Shown: one piece after another, positions 1 through 10,623 of the stretch
How positions within the stretch are numbered: the first letter of the stretch is position 1
Layout: the number at the start of each line of letters is the position of its first letter
Source of the DNA: an uncultured Gammaproteobacteria bacterium
GTDB lineage: Bacteria > Pseudomonadota > Gammaproteobacteria > UBA9214
DNA length: 64,000 bases
Assembly: GCA_963748215.1 (NCBI GenBank)
Contig: CAVVHS010000009.1
Coordinates: 256,001 to 320,000, forward strand
Reading direction: 5' to 3'
Made by a program: the position numbers and the translations under genes
Notes under the pieces: generated by a model
What the model was told of the DNA's origin: nothing
The model's database searches: none
What the model saw: the letters and a program-made list of their open reading frames with translations, nothing else

Positions 1-464
1 TTGAGCTGTTCTTTTTCCGGTGCATCCACCACGAGTATCCGGTCGACCAGGTCGGACTGCCGCGTTTCCAGCAGTAGCGGAATAATGACTATACAGTAAG
101 GGCTCGTGATTGTGGCCAGCCACTGGCGGACCCGTTGCCTGATCCGGGGATGTAGAATCGCCTCAAGCGCCAGTTTATCTGAAGAATCGGAAAAAATACG
201 TGTGCGCAGGTAAGCGCGATCCAGCGTGCCGTCGTCAAGCAGGGCGCGGGGGCCGAAATGTGCAACGATTTCCTGCAGGGCGGGTTGGCCGGGGATGACG
301 AGTTCACGGGCCAGCTGGTCGGTATCGAGGACGGGTACACCGAGTTTGCTGAATTCGCCGGCAACCGTGGATTTGCCGCTGCCGATGCCGCCGGTCAGGC
401 CGATGACGAGCGTTTGCCTGCCGGCATCGCGGTGCGTTTGCGGGTGGGTGTCCGGGACAGTCAC
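1..464 (-). CDS. coaE: Dephospho-CoA kinase (3' end runs off the window)
   Basis: Not in the ORF track. Manual translation from GTG at 464 gives ...LVIGLTGGIGSGKSTVA...LDRAYLRTRIF...LEAILHPRIR...IIPLLLET...VDRILVVDAPEKEQL. Usual position after pilD. Confidence 0.95.
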   Translation of the reverse strand, partial: MTVPDTHPQTHRDAGRQTLVIGLTGGIGSGKSTVAGEFSKLGVPVLDTDQLARELVIPGQPALQEIVAHFGPRALLDDGTLDRAYLRTRIFSDSSDKLALEAILHPRIRQRVRQWLATITSPYCIVIIPLLLETRQSDLVDRILVVDAPEKEQL

Positions 465-471
465 ATACAGA

Positions 472-1335
472 TCAGCGCAAATAAAGGCTGATGATGTCTT
501 GTCCCCACAGAAGTGTCAACCAACCTGCAGCCGCAAGAAACGGTCCGAACGGCATCGGCTGGTTGTGGTCTCGCCCCTTGAGCAGGATGAGACCGATACC
601 GATTGCCGCGCCAACGACGGACGAGAACAGGATGACAATCGGCAACTGCTGCCACCCCACCCAGGCACCGATTGCACCGAGCAGCTTGAAATCGCCGTAG
701 CCCATGCCTTCCTTGCCGGTGAGCAGCTTAAACAGGTGATAGATCGACCACAGTGAAAGGTAGCCGGCCGCAGCGCCGATAATGCTCGTCGCACTGTCCA
801 CGAACACACCGAACAGGCTCAGCAACAGGCCGGCCCACAGCAGGGGCAGGGTGATCGAGTCGGGCAGGATCTGGTGGTCGAAATCGATCATGAACAGCGG
901 GATCAGTGCCCAGGTGAAGAGCAGTGCCGCCAGCGCCTCTCTGCCGAAGCCGTAATGCATGGCAACGACTGCAGACAGCAGTGCCGTAACCAGCTCGATG
1001 GACGGATAGCGTCGCGGGATTGTGGTACCGCAACCGGCGCAGCGCCCCCTGAGCAGCAGGTAACTTAGCAAGGGAATGTTTTCTACGGCCCGGATGGGGC
1101 GCTGGCAGTGCGGACAGCTGGAGGCAGGAATGACCAGGTTGTAGATCGGCTGACTGCCGTTATCGGGCTCCGGATTACCCTGCAGTTCACTGCATTCCCG
1201 CGACCAGGCCCGGTTGATCATGATCGGTAGCCGGTAAATGACCACGTTCAGGAAGCTGCCTACCAGCAGTCCAAGCACGCCACTGGTGATGCCGAAAAGA
1301 ACCAGCGAAGCCTCGAGCAGGCGCAGCAGTTCCAT
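472..1335 (-). CDS. pilD: Prepilin peptidase / N-methyltransferase
   Basis: GSFLNVVIYRLP, two CxxC pairs, IDFDHQILPD, EGMGYGDFKL, PFGPFLA motifs. Confidence 0.98.
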   Translation of the reverse strand: MELLRLLEASLVLFGITSGVLGLLVGSFLNVVIYRLPIMINRAWSRECSELQGNPEPDNGSQPIYNLVIPASSCPHCQRPIRAVENIPLLSYLLLRGRCAGCGTTIPRRYPSIELVTALLSAVVAMHYGFGREALAALLFTWALIPLFMIDFDHQILPDSITLPLLWAGLLLSLFGVFVDSATSIIGAAAGYLSLWSIYHLFKLLTGKEGMGYGDFKLLGAIGAWVGWQQLPIVILFSSVVGAAIGIGLILLKGRDHNQPMPFGPFLAAAGWLTLLWGQDIISLYLR

Positions 1336-1379
1336 GGGCTATGACAGCCGGTGCGGCAACGATTCAGGTTTCGCTGCGA

Positions 1380-2603
1380 TCAGATAGCCGCGCCCATCTT
1401 GAATATGGGCAGGTACATGGCGACGACGAGGCCACCGATGAGGACGCCCAGAATCGACATGATAAGTGGCTCGAGCAGGCTGCTCAGTGCGTCCACGGCA
1501 TCATCCACCTCTGCCTCGAAAAAGTCCGCCACCTTTGCCAGCATGCTGTCCAGTGCGCCGGATTCCTCGCCGATGGCGACCATCTGTTCGACCATGTTGG
1601 GAAACAGGCCGGTCTGACTCATGGCGAATTGCAACTGCTGACCGGTAGCCACGCTGTCGCGGATCATCAGGACCGCATCCGAATACACCACGTTGCCGGT
1701 GGCACCGGCAACCGATTCCAGTGCCTCGACCAGCGGAACGCCGGCAGCAAACATGGTAGAGAGGGTGCGCGCAAAGCGAGCCACGGCGGCCTTGTGCATG
1801 ATCGGGCCGATAATCGGCAATTTGAGTATCGCCCTGTCGAGCGCCCTGCTGAATTTGCGCGAACGTTTCTTCCCCTGCATGAACCCGATGCCGATGCCAA
1901 AAAATATTCCAGCCATCAGCCACCAGTAACTCTGCATGAATTCCGACAGGTTGACGACCACCCGGGTGAACGCGGGCAGGTCCGCGCCGAAACTGCTGAA
2001 CAGTTCCTCGAATTGCGGTACCACGAAGATAAGCAGGATCGCGGTAACGATCATCGCCACAATAATCACGGCAGTCGGGTAGAACAGGGCCTTCTTGATC
2101 TTGGCCTTCAGGGACTCGGTCTTTTCCTTGTAGGTGGCGATATTATCAAGCAGCGCTTCGAGTACGCCGGCCTGTTCGCCGGCGTTGACCAGACTCACCA
2201 CGAGTGCATCGAAGTGGTACGGGTGTTTGGACAGGGAATCCGACAGGCTGGTGCCGGATTCCACGTCGGACTTGATCTTGAGAATAAGCTCGCGCATGCC
2301 GGCATTGTCATGGCCGCGGCCGATGATATCGAACGACTGCACCAGTGGTACGCCCGCAGCCAGCATGGTGGACAGCTGGCGGAAAAAGACCGCGATATCT
2401 TTCGGTATGATCTTTTTCTTCTCGGTTTTCTGGAAGAGGGTGCTTTGCTTCTTGACCTTCAGCGGCTTGATACCCTGCTTGCGCAGGTCCGCCCGGATCA
2501 GTGACGGGTTGGATCCTCGGGTTTGTCCCTTGACCTTGACGCCGCGCTTGTCGGTGCCGGTCCAGATAAACAGTTCGGGTTGCTTGAGTGCTTTCTCCGC
2601 CAT
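1380..2603 (-). CDS. pilC: Type IV pilus inner-membrane platform protein (T2SS F family)
   Basis: FFRQLSTMLAAGVPLVQ, AGEQAGVLE, KIKKALFYP, IGEESGALDSML, MYLPIF. Confidence 0.98.
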   Translation of the reverse strand: MAEKALKQPELFIWTGTDKRGVKVKGQTRGSNPSLIRADLRKQGIKPLKVKKQSTLFQKTEKKKIIPKDIAVFFRQLSTMLAAGVPLVQSFDIIGRGHDNAGMRELILKIKSDVESGTSLSDSLSKHPYHFDALVVSLVNAGEQAGVLEALLDNIATYKEKTESLKAKIKKALFYPTAVIIVAMIVTAILLIFVVPQFEELFSSFGADLPAFTRVVVNLSEFMQSYWWLMAGIFFGIGIGFMQGKKRSRKFSRALDRAILKLPIIGPIMHKAAVARFARTLSTMFAAGVPLVEALESVAGATGNVVYSDAVLMIRDSVATGQQLQFAMSQTGLFPNMVEQMVAIGEESGALDSMLAKVADFFEAEVDDAVDALSSLLEPLIMSILGVLIGGLVVAMYLPIFKMGAAI

Positions 2604-2606
2604 GGC

Positions 2607-4322
2607 TTATTCCTTCGTGACGCGGTCGATTTCTTCCAAACTGGTAATTCCTGCGGCCACCTTTCTCAGGCCGGACTCCCTGAGATCGGCGACGCCCTCG
2701 GCAGCCGCCTGCTTCTCGAGTTCCATTGAATTACCGCCTTCCATAATAATACGGCCCATTTCCTCGGATACCGGCATGACCTGGTAAATGCCCACCCGGC
2801 CCTTGTATCCGCCCGTACAGCTTTCACAGCCGACCGGGCTGTATATCTTCAGCCCCTTGATCTGGTCTTCCCTGAAGCCGGCCTTGAGCAGGGACTCTTC
2901 AGGTATATCACGTTCCTTCTTGCAGTTATTGCACAGGCGTCGCGCCAGTCGCTGGGCCATGATCAGGTGTATGGCCGAGGCAATGTTGTAGGGCGGCAGG
3001 CCCATGTTTGCCAGGCGCGTCAGGGTCTGCGGTGCATCGTTGGTGTGCAGGGTGGACAGCACCAGATGGCCGGTCTGCGCCGCCTTCACGGCAATTTCCG
3101 CCGTCTCGAGGTCTCGAATCTCACCTACCATGATGATGTCCGGATCCTGGCGCAGAAAGGCACGCAGGGCGATCGAGAAATCCAGGCCCGCCTTGGGATT
3201 GACATTGACCTGGTTGATGCCATGCACGTTGATTTCCACCGGGTCTTCGCAGGTGGAAATATTGCGGTCCGGTGTATTCAGCATGTTCAGGCCGGTATAC
3301 AGCGACACAGTCTTGCCGCTACCGGTCGGGCCGGTCACCAGTACCATGCCATAGGGCTTGTTGATGGCGGTGATGAACAGTTCTTTCTGGTCCGGTTCAA
3401 AGCCCAGCACGTCGACGCCGAGCTGGGCGGCGCTGCTGTCGAGAATACGCAGCACGACCTTTTCGCCATACAGGGTCGGCAGGGTGTTGACACGAAAATC
3501 GATGGAGCGGTTGCGCGACAGGTTCATCTTGATGCGTCCGTCCTGCGGAACACGACGCTCGGCAATATTCATCCGGCTCATGACCTTGAGACGCGCAATA
3601 ATGCGCATCGCCAGGGAGCGCGGCGGCGAGGTGATTTCATGCAGCACGCCGTCGTTGCGGAACCTGACGCGGAATTCCTTCTCGTAGGGTTCGAGATGAA
3701 TATCCGAGGCGCCGGAATTGATTGCGTCGAGCAGGACCTTGTTGACGAAGCGCACCACGGGCGTGTCGTCAATATCCATGTCCGAGGTGTCGCCATCCCG
3801 GATTTCATCGTCGCCGGAACCGATATCCAGGTTGTCGAGGTCGGCATCCATGAGCTCGGACATGGTGGTGTCCAGGGCTTCCAGGGCAACTTCGATGGCC
3901 TTGCGCAACTGGTTCTCGTCGACCAGCACGGCCTCGGTATTGATGCCGGTGTGAAACTTGAATTCATCGATGGCGCCGAGATTGGTCGGGTCGGAAACGG
4001 CAATGTAGAGCCGGTTGGCGTGCTTGAACAGGGGCAGGGCATTGTGCTGCTTGATGAGTTTCTCGCTGACCAGCCTGACCGGTGCCACCTCCATGTCCAT
4101 AGCCGCGATGTCGAACAGCGGGACGCCGAATTCCTGTGCGCCCGACCAGGCGATGTCCTGGCTCGACAGGATCTTGCTGTCGACAAGGTAGCTGACGAAA
4201 TGGGTGCGCTTCTTGAGCGCCATTTCGTGGGCCTTGGTGGCCTCGGTTTCCTCGATAAGACCGTCCATGACCAGCCGTCGCGCGAGTCCACTGAGATTGA
4301 CAGTCGGGTTAAGAGTGGCCAT
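2607..4322 (-). CDS. pilB: Type IV-A pilus assembly ATPase
   Basis: Walker A GPTGSGKT, LRQDPDIIMVGEIRD, TGHLVLSTLHTN, zinc-binding CxxC pairs. Confidence 0.98.
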   Translation of the reverse strand: MATLNPTVNLSGLARRLVMDGLIEETEATKAHEMALKKRTHFVSYLVDSKILSSQDIAWSGAQEFGVPLFDIAAMDMEVAPVRLVSEKLIKQHNALPLFKHANRLYIAVSDPTNLGAIDEFKFHTGINTEAVLVDENQLRKAIEVALEALDTTMSELMDADLDNLDIGSGDDEIRDGDTSDMDIDDTPVVRFVNKVLLDAINSGASDIHLEPYEKEFRVRFRNDGVLHEITSPPRSLAMRIIARLKVMSRMNIAERRVPQDGRIKMNLSRNRSIDFRVNTLPTLYGEKVVLRILDSSAAQLGVDVLGFEPDQKELFITAINKPYGMVLVTGPTGSGKTVSLYTGLNMLNTPDRNISTCEDPVEINVHGINQVNVNPKAGLDFSIALRAFLRQDPDIIMVGEIRDLETAEIAVKAAQTGHLVLSTLHTNDAPQTLTRLANMGLPPYNIASAIHLIMAQRLARRLCNNCKKERDIPEESLLKAGFREDQIKGLKIYSPVGCESCTGGYKGRVGIYQVMPVSEEMGRIIMEGGNSMELEKQAAAEGVADLRESGLRKVAAGITSLEEIDRVTKE

Positions 4323-4630
4323 GAATTAGGATATGTAGTGGTATCGGGTGTTTTTCACTGTGACCAAGGTCCGGTTTTCAGTTGCCTGCAGCAGGTTCGC
4401 GGCGCTGGCCACTGCACAAGAATGTGTAATATTGCATTAATAAACAGCCTTTTGGGTGATGCTACCGCAAACCCGCCAGGCGCATCCAGCAACCGCGGGT
4501 GACTGGACTTGACAGCCCTGCCACCATTGTTTCGTCCTATTTGGATGATACTTTAACCTTTGCATTCGGTAGCTTAGCCTACTACCAGCCAAACTGCCAC
4601 GACCGGCGACAGGATGCCGCGTGGCGTCGT

Positions 4631-5725
4631 TCAGGCGGCGTTTTCGCCAGTATTTTGTCGCGTGTCCGTGTGACCGATGACGTCGAGGTAGCGCTGTGCA
4701 ATCAGTGACCAGGCATTGCTGTCAATGGTGTGCCTGCTGGCGCGTGCGCCGAACGACCGCATGCCGTTTCGGTCAGTCAGCAGCGCAGCGATCCGGTCGC
4801 GGTATGCCACGGAATCACCCGGGCTGACGAGATAGCCGTTCTCGCCGTCCGTGATCGCATCGCACAGGCCTTCCAGTGCCGAGGCGATGACCACGAGGCC
4901 GTGTGCGGCCGCTTCCAGTACCACCAGGCCGAACCCCTCGATATCACCGCTGACCGGGATATTGGGCTGGACGAAGATATCGGCGCAGTGCAGCAGCAGT
5001 TCCTTTTCCGCATCGCTTACCTGGCCGAGCATGATGACGCGGTCCGCCACACCCCGGTCTGCAATCGCGGCGCTGATGCGGGCATGCTCCGGGCCTGCGC
5101 CGGCGATAATGTAGGTGATGTCACTGTCCAGGTGCGGGACGACATTTTCCACAAACCAGGCTACGCCTTTCCTGCGGACCAGGCGTCCCAGCGTTAGCAG
5201 TACCGTGCCGCGTGGTGGTCTGCCGATCATTGCCGCGAGATCGGCCCGGGTGTAGTCGCGCGGTGGCGGGGCCGGCGCGGCGACGCCGTTTGGTATGAAG
5301 ATAAAGCGTGCCGCCGGAATGCCACGTGCCACGCCTTCCGACAGGGTCGCGTTGCCGACGGCAATCAACCGGTCCATGCGCGGCAGAAACAGCCGTACCC
5401 AGAGCCACTGGTACAGGCGGCTGGCGTAGGTCAGATCGAGACCGTGGGTGATGCAGACCACCGGCTTGCGGGTGAACAGCTTGAGCACGAAGCCGGTGAT
5501 TCCCAGGACACCGTCGCCAAGCAGTACCGCGTCCTGCCGGGGCAGTAGCAGCAATGCCTTCAGCGTCGCCCAGGGCAGAAACAGCGGTAACAGGTATTTG
5601 CCCTTGCGGTTCACGATGAGCCGAACATTGCAGATCTCGCCCAGTGCCCGGGCGATTTCGGCGTTCTGTTTCTCGATGCCCCCGACCACGGGGGGAAAGG
5701 ACCTTGAAATGAAGAGCAGGTTCAT
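4631..5725 (-). CDS. Glycosyltransferase family 4 (GT-B)
   Basis: Likely start MNLLFISRSFPPVVGGIE (ATG 5725); GRLVRRKG and EGFGLVVLEAAAHG motifs. Confidence 0.9.
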   Translation of the reverse strand: MNLLFISRSFPPVVGGIEKQNAEIARALGEICNVRLIVNRKGKYLLPLFLPWATLKALLLLPRQDAVLLGDGVLGITGFVLKLFTRKPVVCITHGLDLTYASRLYQWLWVRLFLPRMDRLIAVGNATLSEGVARGIPAARFIFIPNGVAAPAPPPRDYTRADLAAMIGRPPRGTVLLTLGRLVRRKGVAWFVENVVPHLDSDITYIIAGAGPEHARISAAIADRGVADRVIMLGQVSDAEKELLLHCADIFVQPNIPVSGDIEGFGLVVLEAAAHGLVVIASALEGLCDAITDGENGYLVSPGDSVAYRDRIAALLTDRNGMRSFGARASRHTIDSNAWSLIAQRYLDVIGHTDTRQNTGENAA

Positions 5726-5756
5726 TGCATGCGGGGTCTGGCGCCGTGCCGGCAAC

Positions 5757-6506
5757 CTACTGTTTCTGCAGCAGCCAGATGTAGCCGGGAAAGGCCCAGT
5801 AGGCAAGCCTGATCAATGTGCCTGCAATCCTTGCCTTGCTGCTGCCGGGCCTGAGCATGTAATCGGTGTGGAACCGTTCCGCTTCGTCGACCAGCCGTTG
5901 CGTGTAATCGGTGACGGCAAACCTGCGTACCAGGGACTTCAGTCCCCAGTAGCTCAGGTGCTTCTCGTGATAGAAGCGCGCCTTACCCGCAAGCCGAATG
6001 TAGATATGCGCCAGCGGCCTGGGCAGGACTGACAGCAGGGGCAGGTTGTAGTGCGGTTCGTTCCACATCAGCCGGTTGCCGGCGGAAAAATAGCAAACCC
6101 CGTCTTTGCGCAGCACGCGGAATATTTCGTCGAACATGCGTTCCGGGTCCGGGACGTGCTCGTAGACATGCGAGCAGATGACAACATCGAAGGATTCATC
6201 CTCGAACGGCAGATCGAGTGCGTCTGCAACCCGGAACTGCAGGTTGTCGCGCCTGAAATTACCCTGCGCGTGCTCGATGGCGGGTTTGTCGATATCGATG
6301 CCGGTAACGCTTTTGAAATGGCGGGCAAGGTAATTGTCGATAATGCCGGCAGAGCCACCGACGTTCAGCAGGTCGTAGCCGTCGAGCGGCCCGGGGAGAA
6401 AATCCTCCAGTACCGCGGCCATGGTACGGGCCTTTCTTTCCCGGTTTTCCACGTCATAGACATAGGGGCTGCTTGCCGAGAAATCATATTGATAATCCCT
6501 ACTCAC
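5757..6506 (-). CDS. Class I SAM-dependent methyltransferase
   Basis: LLNVGGSAG, GIDID, ADALDLPFEDESFDVVICSHVYEHV, RVLRKDG. Confidence 0.9.
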   Translation of the reverse strand: MSRDYQYDFSASSPYVYDVENRERKARTMAAVLEDFLPGPLDGYDLLNVGGSAGIIDNYLARHFKSVTGIDIDKPAIEHAQGNFRRDNLQFRVADALDLPFEDESFDVVICSHVYEHVPDPERMFDEIFRVLRKDGVCYFSAGNRLMWNEPHYNLPLLSVLPRPLAHIYIRLAGKARFYHEKHLSYWGLKSLVRRFAVTDYTQRLVDEAERFHTDYMLRPGSSKARIAGTLIRLAYWAFPGYIWLLQKQ

Positions 6507-6732
6507 GGCGACTGACTCCTGACGTATTGATGCACCCGGGAGAGGTGCCGGCCGCTATCCGTGGCGCCCGGCGGGTACCGGCTGGACAATAGCGCATATT
6601 ATGATGTGACAGGGTTTTGGGCAAACGCTGTAGCCCGGAGCTGTCGGATTGCATTATCATTCCCCCGTATTCCGTGGCGAGTTGTCAGAAATCGCGCATT
6701 CACCCGCCAATCCAACCGAGTCTGCTATTCCA

Positions 6733-7806
6733 TTGAAACTGCTGTTCCTTAGCAAGCGCAGTCCGATGGGGCGGGATCTGATGACTCGCCCGTACGGACG
6801 GTTCTATTACCTGCCGCGTTCTCTTGCCGGGCGCGGACACGACGTGACAATCCTGTTGCTGGATTACCGTAAAGGCGCGCCGGTTGATATGCGGCGCGAC
6901 GGAATCCGCTGGGTTTCGGAGTCGCTGGTTTTCGGTAGTCCGCTCAACTATATCCGTAAGCTGAAAGGACTGCTCCAGGAAACGAGACCTGACTGGATAG
7001 TCGGTTGCTCTGATACCTATTACGGGATTCTTGCCCGGTACTGGGGGCAGCGATACGGGATTCGATCCTGCATCGATGCCTATGATAATTACGAGAGCTA
7101 CCTTCCGTGGATGAAGCCGCTGCACGGACTCTGGCGCAGGGCACTTTCGCGAGCTGACCTGGTAACGGCGGCTGGACCGGATCTGGCAGCATACATGTCG
7201 CAGCAACGTCACGGTCGCCCCGCTGTGGTGGTCCCGATGGCGGCGGATCCGATTGGGTTCAGGCCCATGGATCAGGCGGAGTGCAGGTCCCGGATGGGAT
7301 TGCCGCATACCGGCCGGTTTGTCGGTTATTGTGGATCAGTGCATAAAAACAGGGGAGTGGAGGTTCTGTTTGACGCTTGCAGCAGACTGAAACAGAAACA
7401 CCCCGATGTTGAATTACTGCTGTCGGGCAGAAGCTGGGGTAACGTGCCAATTCCCGATGCTGCCCGCGTGCTCGGATATGTCGACGACGAGAAAATGCCT
7501 GTCCTGCTGAATTGTATGGATGTGCTGACGGTGATCAACCGTGCCAGCAGTTTTGGTAACTACAGTTATCCGGCAAAGCTGTACGAGGCCATGATGTGCA
7601 ATATTCCCGTCGTGGCGACAGCCACGCCAGCCACGCGCTGGATTCTGGAAGATCACGGAGATTTTCTGGTGCCACCATCCGACCCGGAACAACTCTGTGC
7701 CAGGCTCGAGCAAAGTCTCAATCTGGATCGCGTGGCATATGAAAGGGTCACAGACTGGGAGATGGCTTGTGACATGCTCGAACGGGCATTGCAGGATGCA
7801 GAGTGA
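6733..7806 (+). CDS. Glycosyltransferase family 4-like
   Basis: Likely TTG start (LKLLFLSKR); GHDVTIL, YCGSVHKNRGV, PAKLYEAMMCNIPVVAT. Confidence 0.85.
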   Translation: MKLLFLSKRSPMGRDLMTRPYGRFYYLPRSLAGRGHDVTILLLDYRKGAPVDMRRDGIRWVSESLVFGSPLNYIRKLKGLLQETRPDWIVGCSDTYYGILARYWGQRYGIRSCIDAYDNYESYLPWMKPLHGLWRRALSRADLVTAAGPDLAAYMSQQRHGRPAVVVPMAADPIGFRPMDQAECRSRMGLPHTGRFVGYCGSVHKNRGVEVLFDACSRLKQKHPDVELLLSGRSWGNVPIPDAARVLGYVDDEKMPVLLNCMDVLTVINRASSFGNYSYPAKLYEAMMCNIPVVATATPATRWILEDHGDFLVPPSDPEQLCARLEQSLNLDRVAYERVTDWEMACDMLERALQDAE

Positions 7807-7839
7807 GTTTTATCCCATGCAGTAAATGTGCTGTAGAGG

Positions 7840-8634
7840 CTAGGTTCGGGCTGGCCGGTCTCGAAAAGTGCGGGGGAAGGCAGTTAAAAGATGTCTTGTA
7901 AATCGGTACTTGGGGTATAAAAACCAGTAGATCCAGTAACAAAATCGCAGCAGGCTGGAAGTACAGTTTTTTTCATGGACTCGTTTTTCCTCGCTGAATC
8001 TGTAACTCAGTGAGGCCCAGTCCAGGCGCGAGCTAATGCCGGTGTCACGCATTACCGAAAGTATTTCATCGTAAGGCCTGGTGTCGATTCCGTGCTTGTG
8101 AGCCCTCAGGAAAAAATCATAGTCGAGTGCGAGCTTGAATTGTGTGTCGAAATGGCCAATCTTGCGGAAAACCTCTCGGTGGCACAGGACTCCCTGATGG
8201 TAAACGCCCATCTTGAAATGATTCCACCAGTTAAATCCTCTGGGTTTCAGAATAAATGAAGTGCCATTTGTTCTAGAAAATATAATATTGAATGCGGCAA
8301 TCTTGCACTCGTCCTCGATGTGGCTGACACATTTCTCCAGGGCCTCGTTGCTGTGGAAATAGTCGTCGGCATTCAGGAAAAGCAGGAAATCTCCGCTGGA
8401 TAGCTCAATACCCTTGTTCATGGCATCGGCGATTCCGTTGTCCGGTTCGGAAATCCACCTGTCTATAACACCTTCGTTCTTTTTGATCAGATCCAGTGTG
8501 TTATCTGTCGAATTTCCGTCTACGATTAAAAATTCAATATTTTCGTAGGTCTGTTCGGCTACGCTGGTGATCGTTTGCTCGATATATTTTTCAGCGTTCA
8601 GGCATACAGTGACGACGGTGATTTTTATGGCCAT
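7840..8634 (-). CDS. Glycosyltransferase family 2 (WcaE-like)
   Basis: ITVVTVCLNAE, VDGNSTDNT, SEPDNGIADAMNKG, FLNADD; lower GC than the backbone. Confidence 0.9.
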   Translation of the reverse strand: MAIKITVVTVCLNAEKYIEQTITSVAEQTYENIEFLIVDGNSTDNTLDLIKKNEGVIDRWISEPDNGIADAMNKGIELSSGDFLLFLNADDYFHSNEALEKCVSHIEDECKIAAFNIIFSRTNGTSFILKPRGFNWWNHFKMGVYHQGVLCHREVFRKIGHFDTQFKLALDYDFFLRAHKHGIDTRPYDEILSVMRDTGISSRLDWASLSYRFSEEKRVHEKNCTSSLLRFCYWIYWFLYPKYRFTRHLLTAFPRTFRDRPART

Positions 8635-9309
8635 GTACTATCATCCGGGTTTATGGACAAAACTGTCGCATGTTTGAGAAACGTTTATCTGCAACAACCG
8701 GAATTTATGGATTGCGCAGGGGCTTGGTTGCCGGTGGGGGTCAACCGGCATTGGGCAATAAACGACTGCTGAATCTGATGGCACATATATAGGGAGGAGT
8801 TATAAGTAATCGGAGGTATTGAGAAATCCACCCTGACAACTTCTGAAAATATGCCATATGTCTGTAACAGACTGCTGGTTTTCTGGTCGATAAAGACTGG
8901 TAAAACCATGTATATGAAATCCCGGGTCGAATATCTGTGTACGATGCCGAGATACAGTGGTTGTCCTTGGCGCAATGGTACGAATAAGAATTCAATCTGT
9001 ATTCCCCCTGATTCCCGCTAGTGTCTGGTTGGTCCCGTCACGCACTCCTATTCTGCGCACTGTGCTTCGTTTTTATATAGGCCGGGCACTTCATATATAA
9101 ATACCGTGGTGTAATTGAAACAGGTCTGGATGTTGCTAACATCATTGCGTGGATACTTTTACCGTAAACCTCGGTGTGATGTCCACAGCCGCACTTGGAT
9201 GCAAAAATACATATGGGTGGATGCATGTCGAACCACCTGCCTGAATATGCGTATCACTGGCTGCCCGGTATTGGTTTATCGGCAGGAAGATGTATACAAT
9301 CAGCCGATT

Positions 9310-10623
9310 ATGCCGCTGACTGGTAACAAGATGATTGTCGACGGGGTCTGGGTATTAACCGGCCGCGTGGTGTCGATGCTGTCGGGGCTGCTTGTGATCG
9401 TGTTTATCACACGTCTGCTAGACTCTGCCGAGGTGGGTTTCTACTTTCTCTGCTTCAGCCTTATTACGATACTGGCGCTGGTTTCCCAGTTAGGTATGAA
9501 TCTCGCGGTGGTGCGCCTGATTGCCGAGGCGCTTAGTAACGAGAAACACGAACAGGCGGCATCCGTGGCCACCCTTGCAGTAAAGCTCGTTGGTAAGGCG
9601 ATTGTCGTCGTGTCCTGCCTGGGCCTGTTCTTTGTGGTTATCAAGCCACCGGAGGTTTTTGTCAGCCTGTCACTGGACCGGTATGTATTGCTGGTCCTGG
9701 TGGTCTGGTTCTCTTTCCAGACGATGCTTGGCATCATTTCCGAAAGCCTGCGTGGCTATCATGACGTGCGTGCAGCCACGCTCTACGGGGCGACGCTGCC
9801 CGGTTTGCTGTCGGTAGTCGCCATGTTTCTCCTCTGGAGTCTCGTCGAGACAAGCAGTATCGATCTCGTGCTAAGCCTGCTGGCCGGGCCGATAGTGCTG
9901 AGCGCCGTGCTGGGTGCGGGCCGCCTCAGGAAAATAATTTTGCCGTCACGCGGGCAGGGGCAGGCGGATCTGTCGGGAATTGTTTCGGTTGCCTGGCCAA
10001 TGTGGTCGACCAATATTACCTTGCTGCTGCTTACCCAGGCCGACATCTGGATCATCGGTAGTTTCCTGACTGTTGATGACGTGGCAGTTTACGGCGCTGC
10101 CGCACGCCTCATCATGGCGATCTCGATTTCCCTGATGATCCTGAATGCCGTCGTTTCTCCCGTCATCGCAGACCAGTTTTACAGGCAGCAGCAAACACGG
10201 CTGGAACAGACGCTGAGAACCGGGACCACGCTGGCTGCCATACCCTCGGCGCTGGTCATGCTGGTATTTTGCCTTGCTGGTGAACGCCTGCTGGAACTGC
10301 TGTATGGCCCGTTCTACAGCGATGGTTACCTGATCCTGGTGGTTCTGGGGGTTGGTCAGCTGTTCAATGTTATTTCCGGTCCCTGCGGCATGGTGCTGCT
10401 CATGACCGGGTATCAGCGCAGCATGATGGTAATCAGTGTCATAACAAGTCTGCTGGCTATAGTGACATCGATATATGCCGTTATCCATATCGGAGTTCTG
10501 GGTGTTGCCGCGGTGTTTTCCGCTGCGCTGATCGTCCAGAATATCCTGATGATGCATTTCGCAAGAAAATACACCGGTATGAAAACGTTTATGAATTTCA
10601 GAATTGCGATTCCAGCCGCATGA
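9310..10623 (+). CDS. Wzx-type oligosaccharide flippase (MOP superfamily)
   Basis: About 12 hydrophobic segments; LLTQADIWIIG, VAVYGAAARL; likely start ATG 9310. Confidence 0.85.
   Translation: MPLTGNKMIVDGVWVLTGRVVSMLSGLLVIVFITRLLDSAEVGFYFLCFSLITILALVSQLGMNLAVVRLIAEALSNEKHEQAASVATLAVKLVGKAIVVVSCLGLFFVVIKPPEVFVSLSLDRYVLLVLVVWFSFQTMLGIISESLRGYHDVRAATLYGATLPGLLSVVAMFLLWSLVETSSIDLVLSLLAGPIVLSAVLGAGRLRKIILPSRGQGQADLSGIVSVAWPMWSTNITLLLLTQADIWIIGSFLTVDDVAVYGAAARLIMAISISLMILNAVVSPVIADQFYRQQQTRLEQTLRTGTTLAAIPSALVMLVFCLAGERLLELLYGPFYSDGYLILVVLGVGQLFNVISGPCGMVLLMTGYQRSMMVISVITSLLAIVTSIYAVIHIGVLGVAAVFSAALIVQNILMMHFARKYTGMKTFMNFRIAIPAA

Noticed and set aside
2967-4502. Long antisense ORFs (also 35618..37060, 37383..38951, 45839..47467 and others)
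   Set aside because: Shadow frames of real genes caused by high-GC codon bias; no recognisable motifs.
8635-9309. Small ORFs or ncRNA in the AT-rich divergent gap
   Set aside because: Short ORFs lack motifs or RBS and no stable structure was seen; probably a promoter region or decayed DNA.
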